Shown here piece after piece: positions 49,500 to 63,428 of a DNA stretch of 64,000 nt. Made by a program: the position numbers and the translations under genes. Numbering within the stretch: position 1 is the first letter of the stretch; every line of letters begins with the position of its first letter. Source of the DNA: Somniosus microcephalus (Eukaryota); contig CM126222.1 in NCBI GenBank assembly GCA_052327205.1, forward strand, positions 54,374,001 through 54,438,000, read 5' to 3'. The notes beneath the pieces are model-generated. The model saw only the letters and a list, made by a program, of their open reading frames with translations. It ran no database searches and had not been told where the DNA came from.

Positions 49500-49690
49500 T
49501 ACACTAAGATGTTACAAGGGGATTAGGTGGTTTTAGTTATAAAGAGAGACTTGAGAGCTTTTTTTCCCACTGGAGCTGAGGTTAAGGGGTGTCGCAATAG
49601 AGGACTTGAAGATTATGAAGGGTTACAATAGGGCAAATAATAAGTTATTTCCTCTGATCGGCAAGATGGCAAACTTAAGATGATCAATAG
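49500..49690 (+). mobile_element. Old CR1 fragment
   Basis: Decayed match to the ACCAGGATG...TATGAAGAAAGACT...AGGCTGAGGGG region of 28005-28180. Confidence 0.5.
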
Positions 49691-49939
49691 GATCACTTGT
49701 TCCTCCTGATTGGGAGTATGAGATTCAGGAGTTTCAGATGCGCTTTGCACTTCGATCAACCTTTTGACCCTTGTGCCTAAAAGCCCTTCTTTTTACCTTG
49801 AAGGTTTTCCTCCAACCCAGTGCTTGCTGTTGGAGGCACTTAACAATGTTAAATCATGTGGCGGCAGTACCATTGAAGGTGGGGAAGCCTCCAGACGGTA
49901 TGCCTCTGATGCCAGTATCTCCCCTTCTGTGCCTGAAAT

Positions 49940-50263
49940 CCATTGGACGGGGGGGTGGGGGCACACTGCTGTTCCACATCATGGTGCCCGCACGATCACG
50001 CTCGCTGCACTGCTGCGTGATCCCAAGTGCCACAGGCCAGCTGGAGAGGTTGGTGGTGTGGACGTATTTTGTTGGGAGAAGGAATGGTGGAAATGGAATG
50101 GCGGCGCGCACAGACGCAGCGGCTTTGCTTCTCCCAGGACGGTGCTATTTACGTTAATGTTAATGTTATTTGTACTGGACTCATGGGAGCTTGCAAGATC
50201 ACATTTCGTTGTTCATGTACTTGTGCATTGTACAATGACAATAAAGTTGAATTATTATTATTA
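49940..50263 (+). mobile_element. Non-LTR retroelement 3' end, Rex1/Babar-like (tentative)
   Basis: GC-rich block ending in CATTTCGTTGTTC...TACAATGACAATAAAGTTGA with an (ATT)n tail. Left boundary uncertain. Confidence 0.45.
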
Positions 50264-51731
50264 TGTCTTTTCTGGTCGGATCTTGTTTTGTTTGCTCACT
50301 TCTTCTTCTATGCATTGCCAGAAGAGCCGATTTCCAGGTGAGTGGGAGTTTATTGTGTGATATAAACGATGCGGCGACTCGGGAAGTGGCTCCAGTGTGT
50401 CAAACGACTCCTCTTGGGAGCGACCTCTGTCCCGTTGGAGGCTAAGACACATTGGAGCATTCATTATAACCAGGAATACAATAAACTGTTCTACCACTGG
50501 GATGTAGAATTGAATGCTGGTCCTCTTGCCCTGAGTGTGGGAGCAGGCAACATTTTTGGTTTGCTTGAGTGAGTTCCAATGCTGGGACTCCTGTAAAATC
50601 CTAACATGAATGTGCAGCACGTTTCTTTTCTGACTGTTGTACTAGTCCTCTGAATAATTCCAAATGAAAGACACAATCCCTGTTTACAGTGTAGTTGCAA
50701 ATTTACCTTTGTTCTAAATGTACAGCTGTTTCACATTACTTGTGCAAATGTAAAGGGTGCAGCGCCCTTTCCTCTGGTCCTGGTTGTGTAAAGGCAGCCA
50801 TAGAGCAGCAAGATTTCATTCAAAGTGACACGAGCAATCTGGTTCAGATCCCTGGTCAGTGAGCACAAGCGCTGACCACAGCACATGTAGAGCTGATAAT
50901 CTAGTATTGTCGTAAACACCAGCTGGGTCAGGAGAGATGAATGTGAAAGCAAAGAGCTTGTGGTCAGTTCAGGTCCATGTAATGTGAACTGAATGAGATC
51001 TCTCAGGGCAAAAGGGGCTTTAAGGTACATGTATGACCAAAAGAAGGTATTTGGAAATATCCACTGTTCTGTCATGGCTTAACCAGATCCTCTTTTAAAA
51101 CTCTTTTCCTACTTTGGAAGGACCCTGAAATCAAAGAAGGATTTTAAGTTTAGATTTTTAGTCCAAACCATGAGAGGCAAAAGGCATTGACAAGGCTGGG
51201 AGAGAATTTTTCCTATCAATAGAATCATTAATCTTACTGTTTCAAATTTGGCTTTGCTGACGGCCTCTAGGGCTGCCCTTTACCAGTCCTGACTTCATTC
51301 ACTGCACCAATATATTAAAAGTATTAATCAGCTTGTTACACTGTATATCACTCACGTGGCCTTTAGCTATATGGATTAAAAAGTTGTTTTTCTGTGACTT
51401 GTCAGGTAATATTACAACTGGGTCTCCTTTCGTCCTCAAGTAGCTGTTTGAATAAAATATTGAAAATTCCCTAATTCTGAATTTAGGTGGAGACCTATGA
51501 ATTTGACAGACCCGAGTGTAAGATTGTTTACATATCAAATATTCGGTGATCATACAGCAAATAAGTATGCTTATTTCCCTTATGCAATACAAATTTTAAA
51601 AAATTGCCAATGATCATTCAAGATGTGGGTGCTGTAAACACTGACAGTGGTGTGTTTGTCCTGGCATATGCAGAGTTTGTTTTCTGCTTTGTTTTGAAAG
51701 CAGTATCAACATTAATAGCATCTGCATTTTG

Positions 51732-51965
51732 GAACCATAGAACCGTAGAAATTTACAGTACAGCAAAAGGATATTCGCCCCATTTATTCCGTGCAGGTTC
51801 TTTGCTCGAGCAACTCGAGATTGAGCCCTGCTGCCTCTCCATAGTCCTGCATCTTTTCTGCTTCAAATGTTTATCTGCTCTTCCCTTAAGAGATGCAATG
51901 GTCTCTGCCTCAATCACTCCCCATGGCAAAGAATTCCATGCTCTAACAATTCTTTGTGTAAAGAT
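51732..51965 (-). mobile_element. Old CR1 3' fragment
   Basis: CATAGAACCGTAGAA tail (reversed) and GGCAAAGAATTCCATGCTCTAACAATTCTTTGTGTAAAG. Confidence 0.55.
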
Positions 51966-54900
51966 GTGAAAGTTGTTCGTCCAATTTCAAATTAGTTTGG
52001 TAAGAAGTTGCAATATGTTTCCTGAGTCAGGCTTTCCTGTTGACCGGTTCTTTGTAGAAGTGTCAAATAGCTTGTCTTTTTTCCCCCCAGCAACCAGATA
52101 CATGGTGCTGGCATCCATGGAATGATTATACTTCCACTGTCTGCTCCCTCCCCTTTCTGCCTGCTGATTCTATTTCCCGTACTAAAAACTAATTAGGATT
52201 AAAAATGGAACTGGTAAAGTGCTCGTGTTCAAGCCCAGAAGAAAATGTTAACATCATTTTCATTTTTCATGTTTAGTACAACCAGCTGGTGTAGCAGGGG
52301 GTAATGATACTGAAGAGAGCTAATGGATAAGAGATTGGTAGGAGCAAAGTTGCATGTTCAGCTGCCAGCTCTTACTACCAGTTGCCCAATACGGCTGAAC
52401 TGGCATGTGGCTGAGACCTACACGTTATGTGGCGCTCACTGATGTTCATAGCAATGCTAAACAGGTAGCAACAAATAGAGCTGAAATTTTCAGGCAAACT
52501 CAAGTTCCCTTTGCCCCACTAAACAATGCCCTTGTTTGTGACTGGTTCAGAACTTGTCAACGGTGTGGATTCAAAAAGCTAGGCTCAGTTTGCATTGGTC
52601 TTTGCAAACTGGAGCAGTTTCCAGTGCTAATACAGTCTGGTCTGCAAAGGACAGAAAAGTGGGTCAGAGCTTTCCCAGCACGCGCCGTCCATGTCCAATT
52701 CAGTCAGGCTGCGGTTTAAGAGCAGTTTGTGGGGACACCCAGCTGCAGTGAAACCACAGTAAAACTGAGCTGGTTTCTTTATTCCGTTCTGCACCCCTGT
52801 TAGTGGCTGTTATAATCAACACAATTTGAACTCTACGATGGCTAAAATCTTAAGAGAATGCCTTTGTGGAAAAATTAAACTTTTTGTTCAAAAATACCAT
52901 GTTTGAAGCAGCTTCTTAATAGGGGGCAGCTGAATTGTTCTGGGATGAGAGCTCCTTATTTGTGCGAGGTTGTTTTTCTTTAAAAGTATAGTGGACAAAT
53001 GGTGTGCTGGCTGCACTGTCAGGAACAGCCTTTGCTTTGCACTGTCAGCCCAATGCCTTTGCAAGGGGCTGGAAAAATGTAACATTTCTCTGAAGAAACA
53101 ACTAATTTTGAACGGGCCCAATGTTTGCTTGACCCCCCACCTCACCAAGGTGCCCACGAGCAAATCTCTCCGCACAGGGACTTCTAGCATACGGCGGTGT
53201 TTTAAATCTTACAATGTTAAACGCTTGTACAAAGTCAAAACACTCAAACGTGTTTCTTTCTCCGCCACTTAAAAAAGCACAATCACTAACTAAGGCTATG
53301 CTAGAGGGAGTTTGGTTTGCCTGACTGGAAATTCAACAAAGAAAATTGGAAAAGCAGAGATGACTTTTTTTTTCCTGAGAGCATTTACTGAAGGGAATAC
53401 TGAACTATTTTGCCAACCAAAGCCTCTAACTGAAGGGCACTGCCTGGAGAGAACATGTTGCTCACTACTCCCAGACTTGACGTGAGTCAGAGTTCCTGAG
53501 TGGTTTGCTAGTTCCATTCGAAATAAACTACAGGCATAAGTTAAACAAAGAAGTACACGTGTACATTTGAAGGGTTCAGCCTGACTTGGAATGGGCTCGA
53601 AATTGATTGGGGCAGATGGACATCATCCAGATGTGAGCCTAGATGAGCACCAGCCCCACCCTGAAGCTACCTCCAATGCCACGTGTGATGGAGCAGAGGC
53701 AGGAGGTCAAGGCTGCCCTGAGAAAATTGGCGTAGAATAAAGGTCAATTTATTGGGAGGTTTCTCTTGGAGCTGCATGGGTAATGTTGCTGAAAACATGT
53801 TCATTAAAGTCATAAAAGAGGAGTGCAGCAGTGAAATTCAGCGTATGAAATAATAATGCATTAGGTAAGCGAATTTGTTCCTCAGTTCTCACGAACTAGT
53901 TCTTAATTTCAAACTGGCTAGCGGTTGCCTTTGTGGAGCAAAATACTATTTTGCGGGGAAAAGTTACTTTTTTTCGACAGCCAAAATCTACGCCTAGTCA
54001 ATTAAGTCTTGAATTCTTGTTACTTGGGAACAACTGTGTTTTATCAGGTTTTTCCTCTAGAGTGGCAAATAACAAGTTCAGAGGTAATGTAGCCCACATA
54101 ACTGGCAATGAAACGAGAGTTTCATTGAAAAATATATAGAGTTTCTGAGTTGGCAATGAGTGAATTCTAACAACAGACCTGTGCCAATTACGTCTAGGTT
54201 GCTAATAGAGACCCAGTACCAGTGTGTGTGTGTAATCCCAGCTCTGGTCAAGATTCAATAAAGACAACATGTAACTAATTGCTTCTAAATGTATCATATT
54301 TTTACAGACTAGTCTCCAAATATTATGATAATTCTACCTCAAGCCCAAACACCGGATCAACCCTAGGGCTGACTGCTGAAGAGACAGGCCCTAGTGCTCT
54401 GCTCAACACCAAAATGGACACACTGCTGCCTCAACTGCATGTGAAGCTCACACACGCCTTGCCTACCCCAGTGAACCGCCAGCTCGCTTGATGAGGAATG
54501 ACCCTGACTCTGACCCCTGAGCACTCAGAGCCTAATGCATAAAGCTGTATAACTATATACAACCCTCATTATATTAAGTAATTGCAGCTGGACTGGGTAT
54601 CAAACCATGTGCTTAGAAAACATGTAAAAAGTATATGCAAAGTTTCCTACTGGTGGCCCCAAATGAGTGTAGGACTGCAGTTATACTGCCACTTTTATGT
54701 TGATGTGAGGCTCAGTAGTCCGATCCTAATCCAAAACCAAATGATGTAGGATCTCACTCATATGCTGTTTCACACCACTGAGTTTGCATTGGGTGCAGTA
54801 TAATTCTAGCCCAGTGCAAAGCCACATTTAAATGTACCCAGATAACCCTAACTTACTTTTAGTTATCTTTTAATATGAAGAGAAAATGAATGCTCCTTAT

Positions 54901-54973
54901 CTTCTCTCTCTCTTTTCTGCCCCAACCTTCTCCCCACCATCATCCCACCGCCCCTACCTTCCCCTTCTCCACT

Positions 54974-55192
54974 CCTGGCCTGGCCAATATTTATCCCTCA
55001 ATCAACATAATAAAAACAAATTATCTGGTCATGATCACATTGCTGTTTGTGGGAGCTTGCTGTGCGCAAATTAGTTGCTGCGTTTCCCACATTACAATAG
55101 TGACTACACTCCAAAAGTACTTCATTAGCTGTAAAGCGCTTTGGGACGTCCGGTGGTCGTGAAAGGTGCTATATAAATGCAAATCTTTCTCT
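54974..55192 (+). mobile_element. DeuSINE 3' half
   Basis: CCTGGCCAATATTTATCCCTCAA...CATTGCTGTTTGTGGGAGCTTGCTGTGCGCAAATT...GAAAGGTGCTATATAAATGCAA. Confidence 0.8.
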
Positions 55193-57204
55193 TTTCTTTC
55201 TCTTATGTTCTACCTTCCTCCCCACCTTGCGTTCTCTCAACATTAAACAATGAGCTAACCGGGGAGTGCAACACAGAGGTGGCGGGAGTGTAACACAGAG
55301 GTTGCTTGAGTGCAACAGACAGTGATGTGCACTTTGCAGTCTATTCCTGAGTGCACGTCACACTTGTCAAACACTGCTTTACGACCATGGGCTGCAGTAC
55401 AACCGCAACCTGAAAAAACAGACAACTGGTACAAATGAGTTAACAGTATTTCTAAACAAAACATGTTTGTAATACACCCTCAGTTGTAACATTTTATTTG
55501 TTCAATTGTTTTAGCGGGTGTGCAATCCTTTAAGGAACGTTAGCATGGTTGTTAGAATTGTTCCGGACCGCTGCAAGCAGTTGAGGTGGTTAAGTAATAA
55601 TTCACTCCAGTGTGTTTTTCTTTTTAAATAATGAAGGGTTTTTGTATTTTAATGTGCATTTAGTTGTAGAGGTACACATTTTGCAATTATTTATTTCCCC
55701 CTGAAAACAATCTGTAGAAGTTCTGATCTGACAATTCTTGACTAGCTAGCTTAACTGTTGTCAGGATCAACATTTTGGTTTGAAGACATTTTTAAACTAG
55801 ATTATTTTTCCTCTACAGTTACATTGTAAAAAAAAAGTTATCAATCAGAAAATCTGTTGCAAACTTCTTGGGATTCCTTCTTATCCTCTCCCCACAAAAA
55901 TAGAGAGACTCGGAAAGCATTTGAAACCAGTTGCCAGTATGTTCCTGCTCCAGTGTTTTCATGAGTTTGTAATCACTTGCCCAGATGCTAAAAATGATCA
56001 TCACTCCCACAGAGAGAAAAGATGTCTTTGGTATCTAGGGAATGGGAATTTTTTTTCTTCTAACATTTCTGCTTATTCCTGCTACTTGAACAATTTCATC
56101 ATTTTATGGGGAAATGGAATTGCAGTCCTTCCTGAATTTTTTTCTGGAACTTAATGATGAGAACACTTTATTTTAAAAGGGGATTTCTTCAGTGTCTGGG
56201 GAAAAGGTGAATTTCTCTCACATGTTCTGGTCAGCGCTGGCAATTTCATCAACTTTAGTCATTTATGAGTCAAAGATTCTGAACAGAACTCTCCAGCAAT
56301 TTTATTTTCCAGAACAAAAGAACACTGAAGCAATTATGGACTAGCACAGTATTATTATCTTGCTTAAGAGGAGGCAAAATGAAGGACAAGACTAAAGGGC
56401 AAGTCTCCCGTGCTTGTTCTGCTTCAAATTTGGCACGAAGCAGTCCATATAAAGCTATCTATTTTTTTTTTAAATGGTTGCATAAATGGTGTACTTTATA
56501 ATTCTGCTGACTTATTTTAGATGAATCTTTCCTTGGGTTCATGCATGATTTTTAAATAGCTCAATTATGGACACGTTTAACTAGTTATGATATGACACGA
56601 ATTGGAGACAAATGTGTAAATTCTTTTATTTTAAAACTTGTCCAGTTAAGTTATTCTCCACTGCTGGTGTAGACGCATATAATTTCATCCAGAATTTTCT
56701 CCCTCCTCTGAAGATCCAACTTATGCTGGGGGTTCAGTTCCTTCAGCACCAGCAATCCTCCGGTAGCTCACCCACGTGGCCATCCATTACGTACAATTCA
56801 GGTGATGAGCAACCTCACTGGCCGCTGGCACAGTGGAAAATCCCAGGTGTGTTGGGTGCCATTTTCTGATATGCAAAGGCAATGAGCAAGATTCTTCATC
56901 TTCATTGCATACTCATAAAATGTCCCCCTCAAGTGCAGGCAGGCTGTTCAGCAGTTGGGAGCCTCAGAACCAGGTGCAATCGTGTCCTCGCCCAATCTTC
57001 ACCATAGGCACCTTCTAGCTGATTCACTATCCGGATCAGCCCAGGAGGTGCTCCGTATGAAGCAGGCATCAAACCCAGGACCTTTTCAATCCAGATGGCT
57101 CCATGCCACACTGGACGGTGCATTTACCGTCAAACCATTGGGGTATCTATCTCTATACTAGTACAACATTGTTCCTTTAAAGATACTTAGTTTTGAAAAA
57201 TTAT

Positions 57205-57652
57205 TCAAGACAAAGCAGCCCGCTTGATTGGCACCCCATCCACCACCTTAAACATTCACTCCCTCCACCACCGGCGTACCGTGGCTGCAGTGTGTACCAT
57301 CTACAAGATGCACTGCAGCAACTCGCCAAGGCTTCTTCAGCAGCACCTCCCAAACCTGCGACCTCTTCCACCTAGAAGGACAAGGGCAGCAAGTGCATGG
57401 GAACACCACCACCTCCAAGTTCCCCTCCAAGTCACACACCATCCTGACTTAGAAGTTTATCACCGGTCCTTCAGCGTCGCTGGGGCAAAATCCTGGAACT
57501 CCCTACCTAACAGCACTGTGGGAGTACCTTCGCCACACGGACTGTGGCTCACCACCACCTTCTCAAGAGCAACTAGGGATGGGCAATAAACGCTGGCCTT
57601 GCCAGCTACGCCCAGATCCCATAAGCGAATAAATTAAAAAAAAAAAAAAAAA
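57205..57652 (+). mobile_element. CR1/L2-group LINE 3' fragment with poly(A), followed by (TA)n
   Basis: Near-identical to 25400-25838. A-run at 57636-57652, (TA)n at 57657-57686. Confidence 0.88.
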
Positions 57653-57655
57653 TAG

Positions 57656-57690
<35 letters not shown>

Positions 57691-60622
57691 AGCCATGATA
57701 CATTATAGTTATACAGTGGATTGAATTGAGTTAATCATACTGTCAAGGACGTTACACAGCTCTGCACAAACTGAGGCACCACAGCTGTCCATAAGCAAGG
57801 GTTGCGGAGGCTGAGATGTGAGGAGAGCCTGAGGAGCCATTTTATTGCAGCTATGAATGGTGTTCTACAGGCCGAAGATTTCTGTGTGATTCCAATGTAT
57901 GCCCCTATTTGCAGAGCTGTTACTGAAGTTCTGTATTCTGTAATTGTCTACATAGAACAAATCTTTGGCAATATATTCTGCAAATATCCATCTGCAAACA
58001 AATTCTATTTTAATAGATCAGCAAATGCTTTGTGAAGAGTGGCCTGTAGTGGAGTTGCTTTAGGTACCAAATGGAAGGAGATTTGTTGAAAAAACGTCAA
58101 ATGATTTGGCTCCTGTTTGACTTTCCGTGTGTGGGTTTCTCATACTCCAAATGCATTAAATACAGATCTTCCACCAGTGTAGATGCTGCTGTGCTCCAAG
58201 TACTGAAATTTTGGTGGTGAATTGTCCTGGCTACAGCCAGCATGCCTGTCTGCTGCCCTCCCACTTAGCATCTATTCTTAATATGAATCAGCCTTTTCTT
58301 CTGACCATATTAGAATTGAGGGGAAAAAGTGGGAATTAAAAAAAAACTACACAATCCAATCTACAATGTCGATGCATTACCTGTTGTCACATGCACAGTC
58401 CATTTGCTTTTTAGCATTTTTCTCTCCACTCTTTTTCCCCTCTTGATTGTAACATGGCCAATAAAAAAAAAAAGTTAATTTAAAGTAAGAATGATTAAAT
58501 CTGAACTGAGCACAGTAGTGAGAGGGTAGGAGATGGGTGAGTTCGCAACAGACATTTTTCTCCTGTTAACTGTATGAAAGAGGGATTTTTTAATATAGAG
58601 GTGGTGCCTTCAAATAATCAGGCCCAGGTACTGTCCGGGCTGTCTAGGAGGCTATTGATTTTACTGGAGGTGCATGAGAAGAGGGGTGACCAGGAGAATT
58701 ATTGCCTTGAGTTGTATCAGCATGAGCAGTGGATCCTGTGAGGGTTATTTTTTAAAAGCACATCCGACAGGATATTTCTGGGATGATGAACATTTAAAAA
58801 GAGCAGTTTAATGCTATTTTTGGAATAATTTTTGGTACAGAATGACAAAGCTTTAATTTGTTTCTCGTCTGCTGTGAATCAGCGGTTTGTGGATGCCAAC
58901 TTATATAGTATTAGGGGCCTATACATATAGTATATCTATTATATGATCACTAAGTGGAAAAAGTACGTATATTGCCAACAAGTATGATGAAAACATGATT
59001 CAGTTGTTGTATGGATCTTGTATCACAATCAAATCTCTCATCGCATGAGTTGAAAACAAACTGTTGTAGTGCAGTGAACGGAATAGTTATTTTGTAGTTG
59101 TTGTTTTTGAAATCCGCAACGCAAGATCAAGATAAAAATTGATCAGTCTCAACATCAAAGATACAAAAATTGCTGTTGCAGTTTGGATCTATTGAACAAG
59201 CAGCGTGATCTACGTGTTCTGTTTTTGGACCCAGACATTGCTCACATTGTACTGGGAAGAGCAACGTTATCCTTTCACATTGATCTTACTCAGAATTCTG
59301 GTGCAATGAAATGAGATGTAACCACATTAGCTTGTTAAGAGGTCACATGTAAATCATACAGAAAAATCATAACAGCTTGTTTTTAGCCTCTCGTTCCATT
59401 TTGTACTGTGTTATGGCATGTTCCCTCCATCAGAATTCCTGGGTCCGAGGACTATGCTACAGCAGTGTGCCTGTTAAGAACCATCACTAATCGTAGGATT
59501 AACCTGCTGAACATTGAATTTTTGTCACTTTTCAAAATCCCCGTGTTTTATGTTGTGTTACACCAGTAAAATCATTTTCTGTGCCACTGTACTACCCAGC
59601 TCCACCTTCTATCTGGTTTTCTAATGGTGGATATTATTATGAAATAGAATTGGAGAAATGTGCAGAATATTATTGTTTTATGCACACACGCACATACACG
59701 CATATATATATTATATACTCGCACACATATACACACATACATATACTATACAGGTATTGAAATGCCTCTCCAGTACTCAAAATCCCACTGATAAGTTAAC
59801 TGGAAAAAGTCCTATTTATGGCCTGGATGGGCCCAGAGATGTCTTCACACTTGTGTGTCGTTACTCATCTGTGTTAGAATTATTTTGACCCCTAAGAGTT
59901 AATCTTTGGCTTCCGTAAATCAAAATTCTTGTCTCCTATTCAGGACATGTGCGTTAATCTGCCTGAACTGTAAATGAGTTCCCTTGCACAGCTGCATCGG
60001 TGCTTATTTTGTCACTCCTTGAAAGAGCTTCAGTGTTCCAACGTTGTGAGGGTCACGGCTCCAGGGACAGCTGTTACTATTAAAAATGAATTTTTTTTGA
60101 TACAGACTTGTTCTCTCTCGCACTCTCCCTGTTTGAATACAGAAGTCATTGTTCTCTGGTGTGTTAGTGGCTGGCAGTGAGTGCTGGAGCATGCTCTTGG
60201 CAGGGCACTGCACACTTGTGTATCATACAGTCCCTCTTCACTCTTAAAGCTGTAGTGCTCTCTCGTGGGAAAAAAAAACTTTCAAATGACAAACGCGTTA
60301 ATTATAGGTCATTATTCTCTTTTAGTCACTGTAGAATGATGGTTAAGTCCCTGTATGAGAATGTGACCATTTTGTTACGATTTGCCAGCATGCCTGATAT
60401 GTGACTTTCTGTATGTGTGATCTGGGGGCAGTAGAAGATATTCAACTTGAATGTACAGTTTATTCTGAATTTCTGATAGTTTTTATAGCTTTTGAATTAT
60501 TTAGTGATATTGATGATCTGATGCATTTCCACCTACTCCACTCCCCGCCCCCCCCCCCCCCCCGCCAATTGGACCTGTTGTAATGGAGTCTTAGATGTGC
60601 GTTGCTGAATGCAACTGTGGCC

Positions 60623-60624
<2 letters not shown>

Positions 60625-60661
<37 letters not shown>
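60625..60661. repeat. (CT)n microsatellite
   Basis: Directly visible. Confidence 0.95.
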
Positions 60662-60666
<5 letters not shown>

Positions 60667-63092
60667 TTACATCAATAATGTTGGATTGGACAAACTAGGG
60701 CCAAAGTTGTAGTAAAAATGGATTCAACACAGCAGTAATGAAAAGTGCTGGATGAAGGATTTTATCTCTGATTGATTGAGACTACGTTTGTTTCCCCCTA
60801 AAAGGAAGAAAGGTACATTCCAATCATTAAAGAAAACAAATGAAATCCTACTGTTTTGCCAAGCTTCAATATTGGAAGCGTGAGATGGGTGGAATCGGCG
60901 CTTACATCAATCAGCAGGCCGTCCAAAATCACATTACTCTCCAACAGCCATCCCTGCCACCTGATTTAGATCCTTTAACAATGAGCAGCTCAGCGTTGAA
61001 AGTTTAAACCAACACAGAGAGGGGACTGGGCCGCATTTTCAAATATAAAAAGCTGGGATTGAATAGTAGGCTTTCCAAAGCATAATAAACTCGAGAGAAG
61101 TTTAGTTCTCATCCCTATTGTGCCCGATTACACATCCGTTTACAAATTAACCCACTTGTTCAAATGTCCCAATGTATATTCTCAACCCCGTAAGAATGCT
61201 TTAAACAAATCGGTACAGGTCAGTCTTCCACAAAAAGTTCAGCAGTTATCCCACCCACAAGTATAATCTTCATCACATCTACAACTTGTTTGTAACATAC
61301 CTGCAAATTATGTTTAGAAATGACAGTTAATGGAGCATCAACTACAGTTCTACAGTGGAACTGGTGCCTTGTATGTCTTATGGTGCTTGGAGGTGGAGTT
61401 GTTACACTGTGCATTGAACATAGCAGCACAGATGTTTCATGTCCATCTGTCACAATGGGGGTGACTTTCTGAGGGGGAAAGGTGACTCCATGTGGGAGTT
61501 GGGCATCTGCAGTTGGAATTTACAGACTCTCATTTACTTTAGTGGAACTAGTTAAACTTTTAACAACCCTAATTAAAGGCGACAGCTTTAATACAACAGC
61601 CGCACATTAACCCTTTCAGCATGTGGCTTTATCTGCTGCATGTGAATACCCGATTGGCTTGGAAGCTGCTCGTTTGGAATCATTTTCAACAGTTTCACCC
61701 CCATACAGCACAGACCTGCTGCTGCTGCGTGAGCCACACACCAGATGAGATGGAGCAAGATTGACTCAGATGGGGTTTCACATGTGTAACTATTTAGACA
61801 TAAATATAATTTTTCCCCCCAGAAATGCACATATGTTAAAATCATTTATATATTAAATTTAAAATGTATGGAACACTTTTAACGGATCGATCAGCTGATA
61901 GTAAATTGAATCCAAAGCATGCACAATTTATGACCGCGCATAACCTACTGTCCACTCGATAAAGGCGGGTGGGGGGAATGGATCTGCATCATTTGGGTCA
62001 ATATAACCTGAGGTGTCGATCGAGGATTGTGAATCTTCGGGCCTTAGGTTTGACCTCTATCAATATCTAGTTCTGATCATACCTGTGCTTTCTGAGCAGA
62101 TCTAAATTCTGGCTGTTCTGAAGTTATTACAGATTTTGATTTTGTTTGTTAATTATTGATATCATTTGCTAATTATTGATATCGTTTGCATTTTGTTAAA
62201 ATTATTATTGAATCGTTTAAAGGAAATTATCAAATAGCTTAACTAGAAAGATGAAAACGGTGGTGCAAAGATGTGGATAAATGCTGCACAGTGACAAAAA
62301 GTAGACATATTTTTTCATGATGGATTACTTATTGGAAGCCGTCTTGCTGATTACAGTGCTCACAGGATTAAAATGAAGTGCTGATTCATCAAGTTCTGGA
62401 CAATATGCATTATATTGGCATGCCAAAGATATTAATATGCATCCGTACCTTCTTTGTGCGGAACAAAAGATAGTTTAATATGCTAATGCAGGTTAAATGC
62501 AGAACCATTAATGTCATCTTGTTCGGCAGTGTCCCTGATAGCTGTCTGGATAAGTATAAATGTCCTAAAATTACAGGTCTTGAGCTTCAAAGGGTGCTAG
62601 AGATGACTGGTGATCAGGAAATATCCTTTGTAGCTGCAATCCTGGGAATGGCGGATGTAACTACAGGAGATGCAGTTTTTAATGTCCCTTTGTTCCAAGA
62701 TATTTTCAAAGAAATTTGAGAGTTAGTTTGAGGTCATTAGATGCATGAGGTTAATCAGAGGATGTGTGGTAACAGATAGCCGCGTATGAAGTAATGAAAC
62801 TGCAGCTCAAGGGGCACTTTTATGATGAAGATTAGCACAGGAAAGCATCTGTTGTTTTAGATGTTTCAAGAAGAATAGTAAAGTCTGTACTTACTGTAAA
62901 CATACTGTTATGTTGAGTGCTGTATCTGCTTAATGTTCAACAAACCTGTCTTGTAGATTATAGCTTAAGCCGCATTTTTTATTCTTCTGCCGAGCGAAGT
63001 GCAGAAGATCAGGTGGCAACATCCCGGAAGCTGGAGAACAGTGACAGGGGTTCTCTGTTCAATCCCTGGGTCTCACGGCATGCACCTAGATA

Positions 63093-63428
63093 CAGGAGAC
63101 TCTTTATTATCCGGCACCAACGGGACCGGCGAAGTGCCGGTTTATCAAAGAGTCCGGATTACAGAGAGGTATAGTTTAAAAGGTACGAGAGCTCCGTACA
63201 CAGCAACAAATCCAGGCTTCCCTATTGCTTAGCAACATGTGCAGGAACTCCGGCCACAGACCAAGCATCCCTGTTGCTTAGCAACAAGTGCACGAACCCC
63301 AGTTACACAGCCACAGATCCAGGAACTGCCACTAACATGAAGTAAAACTTACCTGAACCTACTCCTGAATTTTGCCGGTTAACAGAGATTTCCGGTTATT
63401 TATGTGCTGGTTAAAAGAGAATTTCCTG
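63093..63428. mobile_element. Tc1/mariner-like MITE (diverged relative of 24521 and 35386)
   Basis: TA|CAGGAGACTCTTT ... AAAGAGAATTTCCTG|TA. Shares TATCCGGCACCAACGGGACCGGCG and GAGCTCCGTA blocks with the other copies. Confidence 0.8.

Noticed and set aside
49764-50360. 198-aa ORF
   Set aside because: No recognisable domain, no ATG start, and it runs through a retroelement 3' end and (ATT)n tail.
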